64,000 bases of DNA from Antechinus flavipes (lineage: Eukaryota), in NCBI RefSeq assembly GCF_016432865.1, contig NC_067401.1, positions 16,368,001 to 16,432,000 of the forward strand, given 5' to 3'. Made by a program: the position numbers and the translations under genes. Under the pieces are notes generated by a model. That model worked only from the letters and a program-made list of their open reading frames with translations, was not told where the DNA came from and did not search any database. Below, piece by piece: positions 13,166-25,870 of the stretch. The first letter of the stretch is position 1. Each line of letters opens with the position of its first letter.

Positions 13166-13859
13166 ATGAAGAGTTATAGTATAAGCTTTATCTTCTTTCC
13201 TGAATTTCTGTGGCACTTGAATCCCATTCATACACTAATCCTTAACACAGACAGCTTTGTTTCAACATCTCTCTTTCTTCAGATTCGGTATGGGTGTTAG
13301 AGGACCATAGATATATAGTTGGAAGGGACCTTCAAGGCCATTAAGAAAATCTCTCCCATTTTATAGATAAGCAAATGGGGACTAGCAAGTGAAGTGACTT
13401 ATCAAAGATTTCACAGAAAGTGAATAAAAAAGTGATTTGAACCTTGCTCTCCACCTGCAAATCCAGTATTCTGCAATGAATGCCATCTCTCCCTATCCCA
13501 ATCAAGCTCTTTGAAGGGAGGCACCATGTTTTGTCTTTCTCTTTCTTACATGGGAAGTGTAAGATATGTTTGGTCAATGAATGAATATTTTTTAAAAGTA
13601 TACAGGACTACATCAGGAACTGACCAGGGAAACAAATGGCAATCTCCTCTCTAGGATCCTTGCTTCTTATTCCAGTCATCATGGCCAATCATCATGTCTC
13701 TGGAGCAAAGGATCCCTTTAAGTTGGAACCAGAGAATAGGGCTAGGAGACTTAGGAGGGCTCAAAATAGAGTCGGAGTTTGGATGGAGGTAGAGAAGGAA
13801 CCGAATGAGGATATAATCCAGACAAGGAGATTAAAGGCAACAATTTAGGTCCAAAAAGC

Positions 13860-13990
13860 TTTGAATGAAAAATCTAGAATATTTATTAAAGATGTACTAC
13901 TTGCTAGGTGCTGTCCTAGGTGCTAAGAAGAGAAAGAAAATGATTCCATCTCTGCCTTCAAGAAACTGGTCTTTTACTGAGAAGGAAAGT
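13860..13990 (-). mobile_element. L2 3' end remnant hosting the RE1 motif
   Basis: ATTTATTAAAGATGTACTACTTGCTAGGTGCTGTCCTAGGTGCT resembles the reversed L2 tail ATTTATTGAGCACCTACTATGTGCCAGGCACTGTGCTAGGCACT. Confidence 0.65.
13907..13927 (-). promoter_or_regulatory. Canonical RE1/NRSE (REST-binding) motif inside an L2 remnant
   Basis: Minus strand CTTAGCACCTAGGACAGCACC fits NT[CT]AG[AC][AG]CCNN[AG]G[AC][GC]AG with no mismatch, followed by CACC. Confidence 0.6.
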
Positions 13991-14420
13991 TGGTACACAG
14001 ACAAATGTACTGCAGAAGTTGAAGGCAGCTTGAAGTACTTTTAAAGTACTAAAATTCAGGGGGGAGATGGACAATCTTAAGCAGAAGATTAGGAAAGAAG
14101 GATGGATGCTGTGATGGAGGACAGGTGAAAACAGTCAAGAAAAGAAAAGATGAAAGACAAGAAGTAAAACTAAAGCCATGGTTGGAAGGTAGGTGAGGGC
14201 CAAGACTGAGGGTTGTATCTGCACCCCTATCCCAGCTGCTGTGCCCTGGAGCCCTCATCCTACCCACCCTGCCCTAGTTATGCCACTACCTATACCCATC
14301 TCCTTCCACTTGGCTGCTGATCTTGCCTGATTGTTGTTCTGTACTCCCTGCTCTTGCTGTTCACTCCCAGGGGAATGCTTTCAACCTGTCTCTGGCCCTG
14401 ATACCTGAGATGGATGAAGC

Positions 14421-14422
<2 letters not shown>

Positions 14423-14476
<54 letters not shown>
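14423..14476 (+). repeat. (GA)27 microsatellite
   Basis: Direct reading. Confidence 0.97.
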
Positions 14477-14479
<3 letters not shown>

Positions 14480-14537
14480 AGAAAAACAGAAACAGAGAGA
14501 GACAGAGAAGCTGAGAAAGATAGAAACACACAAAGAG

Positions 14538-14712
14538 NNNNNNNNNNNNNNNNNNNNNNNNNNNNNNNNNNNNNNNNNNNNNNNNNNNNNNNNNNNNNNN
14601 NNNNNNNNNNNNNNNNNNNNNNNNNNNNNNNNNNNNNNNNNNNNNNNNNNNNNNNNNNNNNNNNNNNNNNNNNNNNNNNNNNNNNNNNNNNNNNNNNNNN
14701 NNNNNNNNNNNN
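14538..14712. other. Assembly gap (N)
   Basis: Run of N. Confidence 1.
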
Positions 14713-14759
14713 CCTGGGTGCTAGTTGTGTTTTAACTAAAAGAAGCACAAAGAATTGTA

Positions 14760-15530
14760 TATGTATAAGAGAGACAGAGGGAGGGAGGAAGAGAAACAGA
14801 GACACAGGGAGAGGGAGGAGAAAGAAGAGAGTTGACATGAGAGAAAGTAAAAATGGAAGAAATAAGAGTGAATGAGAAAGAGGGGAAATGAAAAATAAGA
14901 GGAGTAAGATGCTAAGAACTGGAGAGAAAATGAGAGAATGAGAAAACAAGAGAAACAATGAAAGTAGGAATAAAAGAGAGAAGGGTGAAAGAGAATAAGA
15001 TAAATGGAATGAAAAATAATTAGAAAGAGCTGAGAAGAAATGTGAGAGACAAAACAGAGAAAAGAAAGTAGGTTAAGATTGAGAGAGGGTAGATGAAAGA
15101 GAGAATGAAAGAGGAAAAAGATAAGAGAAATGGAATAAGAAAGAGTTATAAAGAATAGTAAGAAAGAAAAATTAGAAAAAGAGTATAGGAGAGGAAAATA
15201 GATATGGAGGGAGAGAGAAGGGGAAAACAGAAAGAGAGAGGAGAGAAAGAAGACAGAGGCAAAAAGATGGAAAGGAAAGGAGGGAGGGAAAGGGAAAGAG
15301 AGAAAAACAGAAGCAAAAGCAGAGAGAGAGGAGAAGAAAAGAGAGGAAGAGAGAGAAACACGAAAAGAGAGANNNNNNNNNNNNNNNNNNNNNNNNNNNN
15401 NNNNNNNNNNNNNNNNNNNNNNNNNNNNNNNNNNNNNNNNNNNNNNNNNNNNNNNNNNNNNNNNNNNNNNNNNNNNNNNNNNNNNNNNNNNNNNNNNNNN
15501 NNNAGAGAAGGAAAGAGACAGAAAGAGCAA
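14760..15530 (+). repeat. Long purine-rich low-complexity tract with an internal gap
   Basis: Direct reading. Confidence 0.9.
15373..15503. other. Assembly gap (N)
   Basis: Run of N. Confidence 1.
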
Positions 15531-15765
15531 GCTTTCAGGCAGGTGCTGAGGCCCAGATGTCAGACTGATACTGCCAGTGATGCTCTGCCCCAGTTTCTCT
15601 TCCTCTGCTGTCAAGCTGTCAACTGAAAAGATCCAGTTCACCTGAGCTGAGCGTGCACCCACTCTATACATGTATTCACAGACACACACACATATGTGCA
15701 CCTACAGACTTAGAAGGATTGAAATGCAGATTCACAGTTATTGACCTATGCAAATATAATTAAAT

Positions 15766-15766
<1 letters not shown>

Positions 15767-15804
<38 letters not shown>
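15767..15804 (+). repeat. (CA)19 microsatellite
   Basis: Direct reading. Confidence 0.97.
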
Positions 15805-15807
<3 letters not shown>

Positions 15808-18800
15808 CAGCACCCAAAGCCCCAGAAATGCAGAGGGTGGAGAATTGGGTCACCACCTCAGATTGCTAAAACCTGCCCCTCCTCCTCCATGAGGCCTGCC
15901 CTGACTGCTCCAGCCCACACTGAGAGAGTCCCCCCTTCTCTGAACTGAGAATCCATAATTGGAGCAATAACTCAAAGTCATTTTAATGTGTGCAAAGTAA
16001 ATAATCCAGTAAAGGACAAAAAGCCCCAGATAAGTTGCCAGTGATGTATGATTGCCTTTTCTAGGGCGGTAAATCAAGTCAGTTTCAATTGAATTCAGCA
16101 AGTGATCCCTGGGTGGTGGAACCTAGGCTCAGCAGGGTTGGTGGGATAGGGATGGAGAGAATAAGGAGACACTAGCTTTTTTTACTTATATTTTGGACAA
16201 ATGAAACCTATGGAAACAGACCACACAGCTAAATTTGGGATTTTCAGACCCACTCCCACCACAAGTTATTACCAGAGAAATTGACAATGAGATTAATCTC
16301 AGCTTTGGGAGGAAAGGCTGACAGGCAAAAGGAGGTAGCTGGACTAGGAATCTGTGGGTCCAAATTCTAGACCTCAGTCTCAGTTTTCTCAGCTGTCAAA
16401 TAGACTCACAGTATCAGTCTTACAGGGTTTCATCTGGGAAACAATTAACCGAGCTGGCCGTGCCTTCTGAGCTTATATGAGACCATTGAGCTAGTTGGGA
16501 TCAGGGATTCAAACAGATGAGAAGTTTGGAGAGAAGTGCTCCAATCTAACCCTTGAGAAGGAATCACTTGCAGAAGAATAAAAGCATTTTAGTCTCAACC
16601 TCAGACTCCTCATATTCCATTCCCCTTGATCAGAGGGGAACTTCAGAAAACTGGATTTAGTCTGTTCCCTAGGCATCCTAGCATGTATCTGGGACAGCTG
16701 GCAATATGTTTGCATTAGGAGTGAAGAACAAGAAAGACTGGAGGAAGATTCAAAATCCTATAAAGAACCCAGAAAAAGACAAAACAGTGTAACTATACAT
16801 GACAAGAGGGAACAACTTGAGGAGTCTAGAGAAAAGATCTCCAGAAACTATGAGTTGTGAATTTTCTACATATAGTCTCTAAGCTCGAATCTATGTTTCT
16901 AAGGGCTCTGTATGTGCTTATAGAAAAATGGATCACATACTTTTAGAGGAATGTTTTTTTAACTGTTCTTATTATATCACCCTAGTAATTCCTAAATTCC
17001 TAAAAATGAATTGTTTGGCCAATTGTTACTAACGGAAAATCATGGTGGGAAGCATATCAGTGGGGGGCTCATGAACATTAGATATTTAATCCTCATACTA
17101 CCCAAGGGAAACAGTTATCCTTCTCTGGGTATTAGACTTGTAAGTTCAAATAAGGGTTAGGAAGGTAAATCCAGAGCTTCATTGTGCTACATTATATAGA
17201 TGGTTTTGGGTTAGACACTTCCCCTTGGGTGGGATTGGGGCAAAAGCAATTTGAACTAGATTGTTTAAAAAAAATTTTTTTATATTATGCTATTCCCTCC
17301 ACTTACCCAACCAGCCATTCTGCTTAGTATGCTATATCGTTTACTGTATATATAGAAAATTAGCGTCCTGTTTAGTGATATGCTACACAACAATGAATGA
17401 ATAGGGTTAATAGGAATATGAGACAACATCAAGGAGGAGTTTAGAGTGATCTTTTAAATGGGTTCAATTCCATGAAACTTCCTTTTTAAAAAAAAAAGTG
17501 ACCACTATTTACATGGAACATTCTATACACCTAGTTCCCCCACCCCCCCAATCTTTCTACCGAAAGGAGGGAGGTGTTCTTCCCCTTCTCCAAGGCCAAG
17601 ATGGGTCATTATAATTTTACTGTGTCGGTTTTATTTTCTTGTTTTTTTCATTTACATTGGTATCAACTTGGTATACATTTTTTCTGCTTCTGTTTATTTA
17701 GCTATGCATCATTTCATAGGAGTTTCCCCAGGTTCCTTTGAACTCTTGGTGTTTTGTTTGTTTGTTTCTTATGTTTTAATAATATGCAAGAAGGGGGGAC
17801 TTGCTAGGGGATCAGTACAGAAGGTTCAGGGCAGAGAAGCCCAGAACATCAAAAAAGCTATAGACCTAGCTTCAGTCTTTGAAGCTCAGCATTGAAGAGA
17901 GGAGACAAGAAATGTCATAGTAATGGAGGGAGGTAGTTTGGTGTGGTGGGGAGAGAGTGTCTGAAGATACATACTGTGTAGCCCTGAGCAACTCTATGAT
18001 CCTCAGTGTGACCTTGGTCATTTAATTTTCTGAGATGTTTCCCCATCTGTAAAATGAAGGAGTTGGATTAAATGCTCCATGAGATTCTTTCCAGAGTAAT
18101 GATCCTGCAATATGTCTGTCCTGTAATGTGATGAGGGACCCCAGAATGCCCCAGATCTTCACCATTAGAAACTCTGAGATTTAGCACCACTCTCTCTCTA
18201 GGTTCAACTTTTAAATTGTAAACAATTCTGGGAGAGATCCCATTTTTCATCACTCATCATTCAGTGAGAACAAGGTTATCAGATACTCTCCAACTGCCAG
18301 GAAGACACTGTGGAAGGTGCTGAGCTGAAGAGGAGAAGGGGGTAAAGAGAGAGAGAGAGAGAGAGAGCAAACAAGGACAAGCTTCTTTGGCTTTTTGTGA
18401 AGGTTTGGGCCTTGTTTTCCTGGCTTTTTGCCCTGTCCCTTTCCCAGTTACAGCTGGCCTGGCCTATTTGCAATGCTTAATGTCTCTGGACAGCCTTTTG
18501 GAAGGGAGAAAACAGTACTGGACAGAAGGACAGAGCAGCTGTCTTCGGCTTCTGACCACAGCGGGGTTTCTCAATCCAGGACAAATAAAGAAAGAATAAT
18601 GAAAACTGCTCCAACAGCTTTGCTGAAGATGGCCAGAGGAGCAAGGGAGTCTCTGGGGGAATTGAGAAGAGGGGAAGAAGGAAAGAAATGGATATTGGCC
18701 CAGGAGGCAGAGGTAGGGGAAAGGGGGGCAGAAGAATATGGAGATGAAGAAGCATAGAAGTCTTGAAAGGATGATGACAGAGCTACGGGGGTGGGGGTGG

Positions 18801-19193
18801 AGGAAGGAAGGGGACATCCTTCTAATTTTCTCCGGCCCAGTCATTTACCTCCTCTTTTTCCAAATCCTCCTCCTCAAATTTTCCTTCAGTCATATGGCAG
18901 GAGAGGCATTGTGCCATTCTTCCGGAGTACAGGTCTGGAAGCAGAGGCTTGGGAAGAAAATATCCAACCTGGATCTAGAACTTCTTCTCTGACCTTTTCC
19001 CAGGCCTCTCTTTTTCTGCATTAGCTGTGGGGATGAGAGGGACCAAGTTCTTTGGTTTCAGGTGAGGACTCAGACCTGGAGACTAGTGACTTAGTCCTAG
19101 ACCCACCTGTCGACACCTTCCAAGCACTCATCTCCACTCCTATGTGAGCAATTATCCCATAAAGAAGGGAATCCGAAGATGAAGCTAGTCAGG

Positions 19194-19906
19194 TGTAAGA
19201 TTAATCTAGGTTCGGAATTTACATTTCAACAGGCATAGTCTTAAAGAGGGTGGGTACAAGTTTATTACTGCTCAGAATCTTGATTCAAATAAGACATAAG
19301 GAAAGAGGAAACTCATAGTACAAAAGTAACAAACACGAGTAACAAACACACTGACCACTATAACAAACAACATACAACATACATCATCGCTACTCAGAGG
19401 AAGCAGCAATATCTGAATTCCTTGGCTAAGAGAATGGTCCCAGCTATTCAGAGTCTCTAGTGGAAGCCATTGCTAGGCAAGCTGTCCAAGTACTTCCTAG
19501 CCCAAATCCTCAAAGTCCCTTTCCACTGAGGAGTTTTTATAGGCTGAGAACAAAGAAGACACTAAGCTAAGTATTCTCATTTGATACATGACTCTTGAGA
19601 CATAGCAGCCTCCCACGCACAGGATGCTCCATCACAAGAGGCCCACCAAGGAGAATATTTGTTCATTCCTTTAGGAGGATCATGTTTACTTCAGGAGCTG
19701 GCCAAGTTTCCTGGATAAACACAGGCCTGCAATGAAGAATAATCATTAATTAAGGCACCAAAAGGATGGCTGACCCTTCTTGTATTCTTCCTTGGCATTC
19801 CATCAGATAACTGCATGTCTGTTCTCATGTTGTCAGCAAAAAAAAATTTCACAAAAGACATGGCTGAGACTTACTTAAGATTCTTTTCTCACTAGGATTC
19901 CTTACA
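19194..19906 (-). mobile_element. Solo ERV LTR (713 bp)
   Basis: TGTAAG...CTTACA terminal inverted repeats; flanks TCAGG/GCAGG (5-bp TSD, 1 mismatch); minus-strand TATAAAA at 19535-19541 and AATAAA at 19261-19266. Confidence 0.78.
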
Positions 19907-20499
19907 GCAGGGTAAATCCCAAAGGTGTAGCTTCTGGGCTAAAAGTGGTTGGTTAAGGGATAGGAGCCAATAATTTTGAAAATCAGTAAAAATTTCTCCA
20001 GAATCCAGTCAATTACTTATTAGGCAACTATGATGTGCCAGGTACTGTCAGGAGTGGGGAAAACACAAACAAAAATCAGTCTCTGACCTCCACGAGCTTC
20101 CTTTTGGAGAATGGATCCCTCAGTATCTTCCCAGAAAACAGTTTAAAATGCTCCCAATCCCTGGGGTGTGAGCTAACTATAAGAGGAAGGGGCCATGTCT
20201 GAGTATTTTGGGGGCATTCAGAAATAGAGGTTGATCCAGGTAAGAGACTGAAAGGGGAAGAGAAACAGGGAAAAGAGAAAAGCGAATGAAGAACAAAGGA
20301 AGGGAGGGAAAAGAAAGATCCTGGAAGCCACTCCCTTTGTCCTTCTCATCTCCTTTCAGAATCCCATCCAGCCCTCTGCTTCCACCCAAAAGCAACCTAA
20401 GTTTCTTAAGAACCTGAACTGTATTATCTTAAATCTTTGCATGTGCCCAGCATCTAATACAGTGATCTATACTTATAAATGTTCTTGAGCTGAGAAATG

Positions 20500-20830
20500 A
20501 GAGACTGGAAGAGACAAGAAAGGAGAAAAGAAAAGGGGATTAGATAGAGTGAGAGAGGCAAAGAGAAAGGAGTAAAAAAAAGAGACAGGAGAAAGGGAGA
20601 TAGATGAGGTGGTAGAGAGATGAGACTGAGAAAACAATAAATGGAAAGCAAAAGAGAAGGTGAAGGGGAGGAGATAGAGGAGAGAGATCTAAGAGGACAA
20701 GAAGAAAAGCAGAAGGAGGGGGAGGGAGGAGAAAAGAAAGGAGAAGAGAAGAGAAATTTGAAGGAAGACAATAGCTTGAAGGAAATCAGGAGAAGCATAA
20801 AGGCTGAAGGAATTGAAAGTCTGTTGGGAG
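20500..20830 (+). repeat. Purine-rich low-complexity tract
   Basis: Direct reading. Confidence 0.85.
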
Positions 20831-22329
20831 AAAGACAAATCCTCTAGGCTGGAGCTACAGGCACCCCCTCCATTTCCCTTACCTCCCCCCATCCAGAGAA
20901 CCTTTCACAAATGACTGGAGGGGAGAGGAAGGTTACTGAACCTGCCTTGTTGGTTGCCCTGGGGATGTCTGTCTGTTCCTGCAGGGAGAGGTAATATTGG
21001 GAGCTATCTTTTGACAGGAAGTTCAAATCCCTGTGATAAATCAATGAGAGCAAAGTGAAGACCCAGAGATGCTTCACCTCCATTACTCCCCACCCCTGGG
21101 GTAACCCTGGTTTCCAGCCTGGGAGGAGGGAGGTATCTTCCAATTCTCTAAAGCCAAGTTCCTCTTTTTGAATCCTATCCAGCTTTCAAGAGTTAAATCA
21201 GTCTTTCTCCTTATTTCTAGTGAATGGCCAGAAAGTTACCTTGAGTCTGCATCATTCAGGACTTTGAATGCTAGACTAAAATTTGAACCCAGGTCCTATG
21301 TCCCTGGAGTCATAATTTTTTCCAGCACTGCAGAAGCTCACACTCAAGGTGAACTTATTGGCAAACATCTGCTTTGGGCCTCTGAGGCTTATCTAAGCAA
21401 TGCTACAGTGGCGTTTTACAATGAATGAATTAAGATCTTTATTAACCACTTCATAATCAAAAAATCAAGCACTAGTCTAAAACTGGAGGTCCATAAACAA
21501 CACTGAGATGGTTGCTATCTTCATGGAGCTTACATTCTAATGGAAGAGAGGACACGTAGAGGGAGCTGTAGCTAGGGAAGGGAGTTTGGTCTAGGAAGCC
21601 ACAAGGATAAGTAAAGTGAATGGATATTAACATAATTAGCATCCACTTATTAATGCCTCATGTTATGCCAGAGACAGCTTATACTGCTAATTAATAATGT
21701 TTTCCCCAAAAAAATGTTGGTAGATAACCTCACTCTTTTTAAACCAGTTACTCTTTCCTTTTAGTGAAATTCAATTTAACAAACATTTATTTAGTTCCTT
21801 AATTAGTGTGCTAGGGACTGAGGATAAAGCACAGATAAAAAGAGGGGAGATTGGGAAATAATCCCCACTCTCAAAGATCTGACTTCCCACTGAAAGAATA
21901 GGACATGGAACTAGAGAAATAAATATAAGAGAATTTGAGGAAAGGATCATGATGGCTCCCAAACTGAGATTTGAAGGAAGTGAAATACTTTAAGAGTCCA
22001 AAGGGAAAATGGAATAAGCATTAATAAAGTGCCTACTATGCACCAGTACTTTACAAGTATGAAATCGTTTAAGCTTCACAACTCTATTAACAAGGTACCA
22101 TTTCTATGTTTGAAGTAACTGAGGCAAAAAGTGGTTAAGTGACTTGTTCAGGACCATAGAGGCTAGATTTGAATTCAGATTTCTTGACTGTGAACTCAGT
22201 ACTCTACCTTGATATCTAGCTACTGAGGAAAGAGGCATTAAAGATAGCTTATACAAAGGCATGGATGGGAGGGAGAGAGGAATCCCCCAAATTTGGGGAA
22301 TGGCTACTACACCCATCTAGATAGAATAT

Positions 22330-23170
22330 AGAGAGATACAAAATCAGCCTGGAAAGGGGAGCTAGAGTCAGATTCCTGATCTGAGGCTGACATTGTCAGA
22401 CCTATGACTTGGAAACTATTTAGGGAGTTGTGTGGTGAGAGAGAGAGAGAGACTGGAAGCAGGAACACTAATTAGCAGGCTACTGCGATAGTCCAAAGAG
22501 AGAGATGATAAGGCCCTGAAGTTGGATAGTAACTATGAATAGAAAGAAGACGATAGGAGGGATGTGATCCAAGTGTGATTGAAAAGTCTTGGAGTATTTG
22601 GAATAAAGGGATGGAGAAAAGGAAGGCGTCAAGAATGGGTATGAGGTTGGGAACGTGGGCAACTGAAAAACAACCTTTAGCAAAAATGGAAAAGCATGGA
22701 GGATGGTAGTAAGGTAGAAGACAATGAGCTAATTGGGGACTGTTGAGTTTGATATGTCTGTGGGGCATTCAAGTACTGATACCCAGTTGACTGGAAATAA
22801 AGCTTTGGTCATTATCTGTGTTGAGGTGACACCGGAATTGATGGCAATTCATGAGATCATTACGGGAGGGAACAAAGAAAAAGAATACAATAAGACTCAG
22901 GGAAAAGCCTTGCAGGAAAAATATGGATGAGTGGATGACAATGCAGTTAATGAGTGTATCTGAATGAATGAATGAGAGGGAGCTTAAAGAACTAATGTCA
23001 AGGAAACCTAGAGAAGAGAGAAAATTCAAGGGGATGGTGGTCAATGATGTCAAAGGTTTCAGAGAGGTCAAGATATTGAATTTGGATGATTAAGAGGTAA
23101 CTTTGGAGTTAGTCTTGGGCTTTAAAAAGATTGAAGAGTGAGTAAGAGAAGAAGAAATGGAGGTAACAAA
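22330..23170 (-). mobile_element. L2 LINE remnant
   Basis: Reverse complement contains CCCCACAGACATATCAAACTCAACA-type L2 3' motifs. Confidence 0.75.
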
Positions 23171-23239
23171 TGTATTCATGACTTTTTCTAGAAGTTTGTT
23201 AATGGGGAAAGGAAAAATAAGCAAGGCCCATCATTTGAC

Positions 23240-23480
23240 ATGGGGGAATTAGGTGACACAGTAGATAGACAACAAAACCTGGAATTAGGAGACTCATCTT
23301 TCTGAAATCAAGTCTGACTTCAGATACTTAATAGTTGTGTGATCTTGGGCAAGCCTCAGTTTCCTCATCTGTAAAATGAGCTGGAGAAGGAAATGGCAAG
23401 CTACTCCAATATCTCTGCGAAGAAAGCCCCAAATGGGGTCACAAAAAGTCAGCCATGACTGAGAAGTGGCTGAACAACAC
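23240..23480 (+). mobile_element. MAR1-like CORE-SINE
   Basis: Core CCTCAGTTTCCTCATCTGTAAAATGAGCTGGAGAAGG and tail CCCAAATGGGGTCAC. Confidence 0.8.
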
Positions 23481-24092
23481 ACTTTGAAATGATGGAAGGG
23501 GCCAGCAATAGTTTTAAGACTATGTGTTAATGACTTTTTTTTTATAGCAGTCATTTGATCTATTCTGACATCTTCCCAGAATCCTCCCCTCTATCATAGT
23601 CATTTGCTGATATCACTGTGTCCCAACCTTCAACCCTCAGCATTGAGCCCTCTTGTAAGAAAGAAAAATAGTCAAGCTAAACTAAAGGTCAGACTTCACA
23701 TAATATCATCATGGCACTTAATACACGATGGATGACCATGACCAGTACTGGTTCTTCGCTGAGAGGAAAGGGAAGAAGATGAAGGATTGAGCAATCAAAA
23801 AGAGAGGGGAAAGTTTGGAATTGTCCTTGTAGAGAATGTGATTGAGTCAGAAAGGAAGAATAAAGGGATTGTCATCTGACAGTGAAGAACCAATTGAATT
23901 TGGAAACCTAAATCTGAAGTGGATCCAGTTTGTCTAGCTCTGGGACTCTTCCACAGGAGCAGAAAAGGATGCTGGGGACAGCCAAAATCTCATTTTGCGA
24001 AGACCTGAGCAGTAGGACAAGGAGCAAGAGATTCGAGGATATATGATATCTAGTGGAACTGATCAATTATAGATTTAAGATTGAGACCAGAG

Positions 24093-24229
24093 GTCATCCT
24101 GCCATCTAGGGGAGGGAGTGGGGGGAAGGAGGGGAAAAATTGGAACAAAAGGTTTGGCAATTGTCAATGTTGTAAAATTACCTATATAGGCAAATAACTT
24201 GTAAATAAAAAGCTATGAAATAAAAACAA
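24093..24229 (+). mobile_element. Very short 5'-truncated L1 3' end
   Basis: G-rich tract, AATAAA and A-tail; 16-bp TSD AAGATTGAGACCAGAG at 24077-24092 and 24230-24245. Confidence 0.88.
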
Positions 24230-25536
24230 AAGATTGAGACCAGAGCAGCTGTGATGGAAGAGAAGGAGGGGAGAAGGACTGGAGGGAACTAAGAGACCTA
24301 TTTTGAAGTGACTAAGTATGAGCTGGAGGATGGCAGAGATGGCAGGAAAACTCTGGATGGAGAGATACAGACGAGGGAGAGCTTTTCAAAGGAAGAGGTT
24401 GCTGGTTTACGGGTGGCTCTGAAAAGTAAGAAATATACCTTCCTCTCTTCCTGGTCCAGGGACCAGAGGGAATAATCATCCCAAAATCTTACAGAGGGAC
24501 TCCAGAAGGCCACAAGTTCACCAATGGAGAACTAAAAAGGACCATCTAGTCCAAACCCTTCATCTTTACATATCAAGGAACTGAGTCCCAGACAGGTTAA
24601 GTAACTTGCCTAAGATCACACAGGTGGTAAGCATCAGAGCATGTAAATGTGCATTGAATCCTGCTGCCTTGTGGACACCTCAAGGTGATGAACTTTAGAA
24701 CAAAGGACGTTTGTTAACAACAGTGTTCAAGGGTTTTTGCATTATCATAAGGGACTTCTTGGAGACCAAAAAATCTAGTAGATCCAAAGTAGTAAATCTC
24801 TAATGGTGAAATTTTAGGCATCAGTGAGAAAGATATCTGGGGGCAGGAGAGCTGTCCAGGGTTCTTTATATCAAACTACCCGTACCCACCATCAGTCATC
24901 AGCTTTCTCCAGCCCCAGGAGGAGAGAAAGATTCTGAGCCTGAGACCCCATCAGGGAAGGTCAGGGTGAGGAAAAAGCATCACAATAGGAAAACCCAAAG
25001 GAAGAAAAAAACGAGAATTAACAAAAGAATGGGGGTGATGGTGGAGGAAGCTCACAACCATTTATATATTGGGTTCTTTCTTCTTTTCCATCCACTGAAA
25101 CGTTAGCGTTTGCCGATGAGCATTTACTTCCCGATAGAAATCTGCAACGCCATCGTCCAGTAAGGAACTTCTCCCAGCAGAGGTCGGCACCTTCTGTACA
25201 AAATAGAAGCTTAAGCATAACGATGATATATATGTTAGTTGACATGACCAGGATCACACAGCCAGCGTATGTCAGAGCCAGAACTTCCTGACTTCCCACA
25301 TAACTCTCTCCACTATACTTTGCTGTCTCTCATAAAAATGATTTTTTTTTACAAAGAATGAAATAACAAAGGAGAAAAACAAAGAATAAAACAAGAGAAA
25401 ACGAGGGGCTGTGGACCGGCTCCCTTTTCTCAAGGTGCTACAAAGGCTCTTGGAAAACCCTAAAATCAGGACAAGGGACAGGGACTGAGCTGAGCCAGGG
25501 TGTGTGCTCCCAGACAAAGAGGCAAGTTTCTCTTAC

Positions 25537-25870
25537 CCTCTGGCAGGATGGGCACATGCTAGCTCAGACCTTTGTCCGCACACGTGCGTTCAGGACCATC
25601 CAAACCAAGCACACGAACCCATCCCTGGACTAGAAAACCCCGAAATCCCAACAAAGAGGGAGAATGGGCAGACACACCCAGAAGATCCTTCCACTCACCT
25701 CCCAGCAGTCCCCACGCCCACAGGGCTTCAGACCACCGCCACAAACACAGCCCTCCAACCGAACACACCCACATTGCTACGGCAGCCCTTGCACACCCAC
25801 CAGGAGAGAAGCTCAAAAACACAGGGTGTCCCTGGAGCGCTCACACACTCTCAAACGCACTCACCAACGC
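25537..25870 (-). other. Candidate non-coding first exon of the next minus-strand gene (SRRM3 by synteny)
   Basis: Local CpG enrichment, little repeat content, strong donor AGG|GTAAGA at 25537/25536; gene identity rests only on mammalian synteny. Confidence 0.3.

Noticed and set aside
14290-15701. Long L/S/F-rich or E/R/K-rich ORFs (222, 321, 140 aa); similar ones at 10322, 12478 and 20454
   Set aside because: Translations of polypurine low-complexity tracts and N gaps; not SRRM3 RS domains
16990-17460. Short mtDNA-like words on minus (VTIGQ like cytochrome b; GFTFL and WAPH like COX3)
   Set aside because: Each match is only 12-18 bp, they are non-collinear and recalled from memory; consistent with chance unless BLAST shows otherwise
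25018-25299. 93-aa ORF with an apparent transmembrane segment
   Set aside because: The hydrophobic 5' part is a reversed MIR remnant (GCTGGCTGTGTGATCCTGG), not coding
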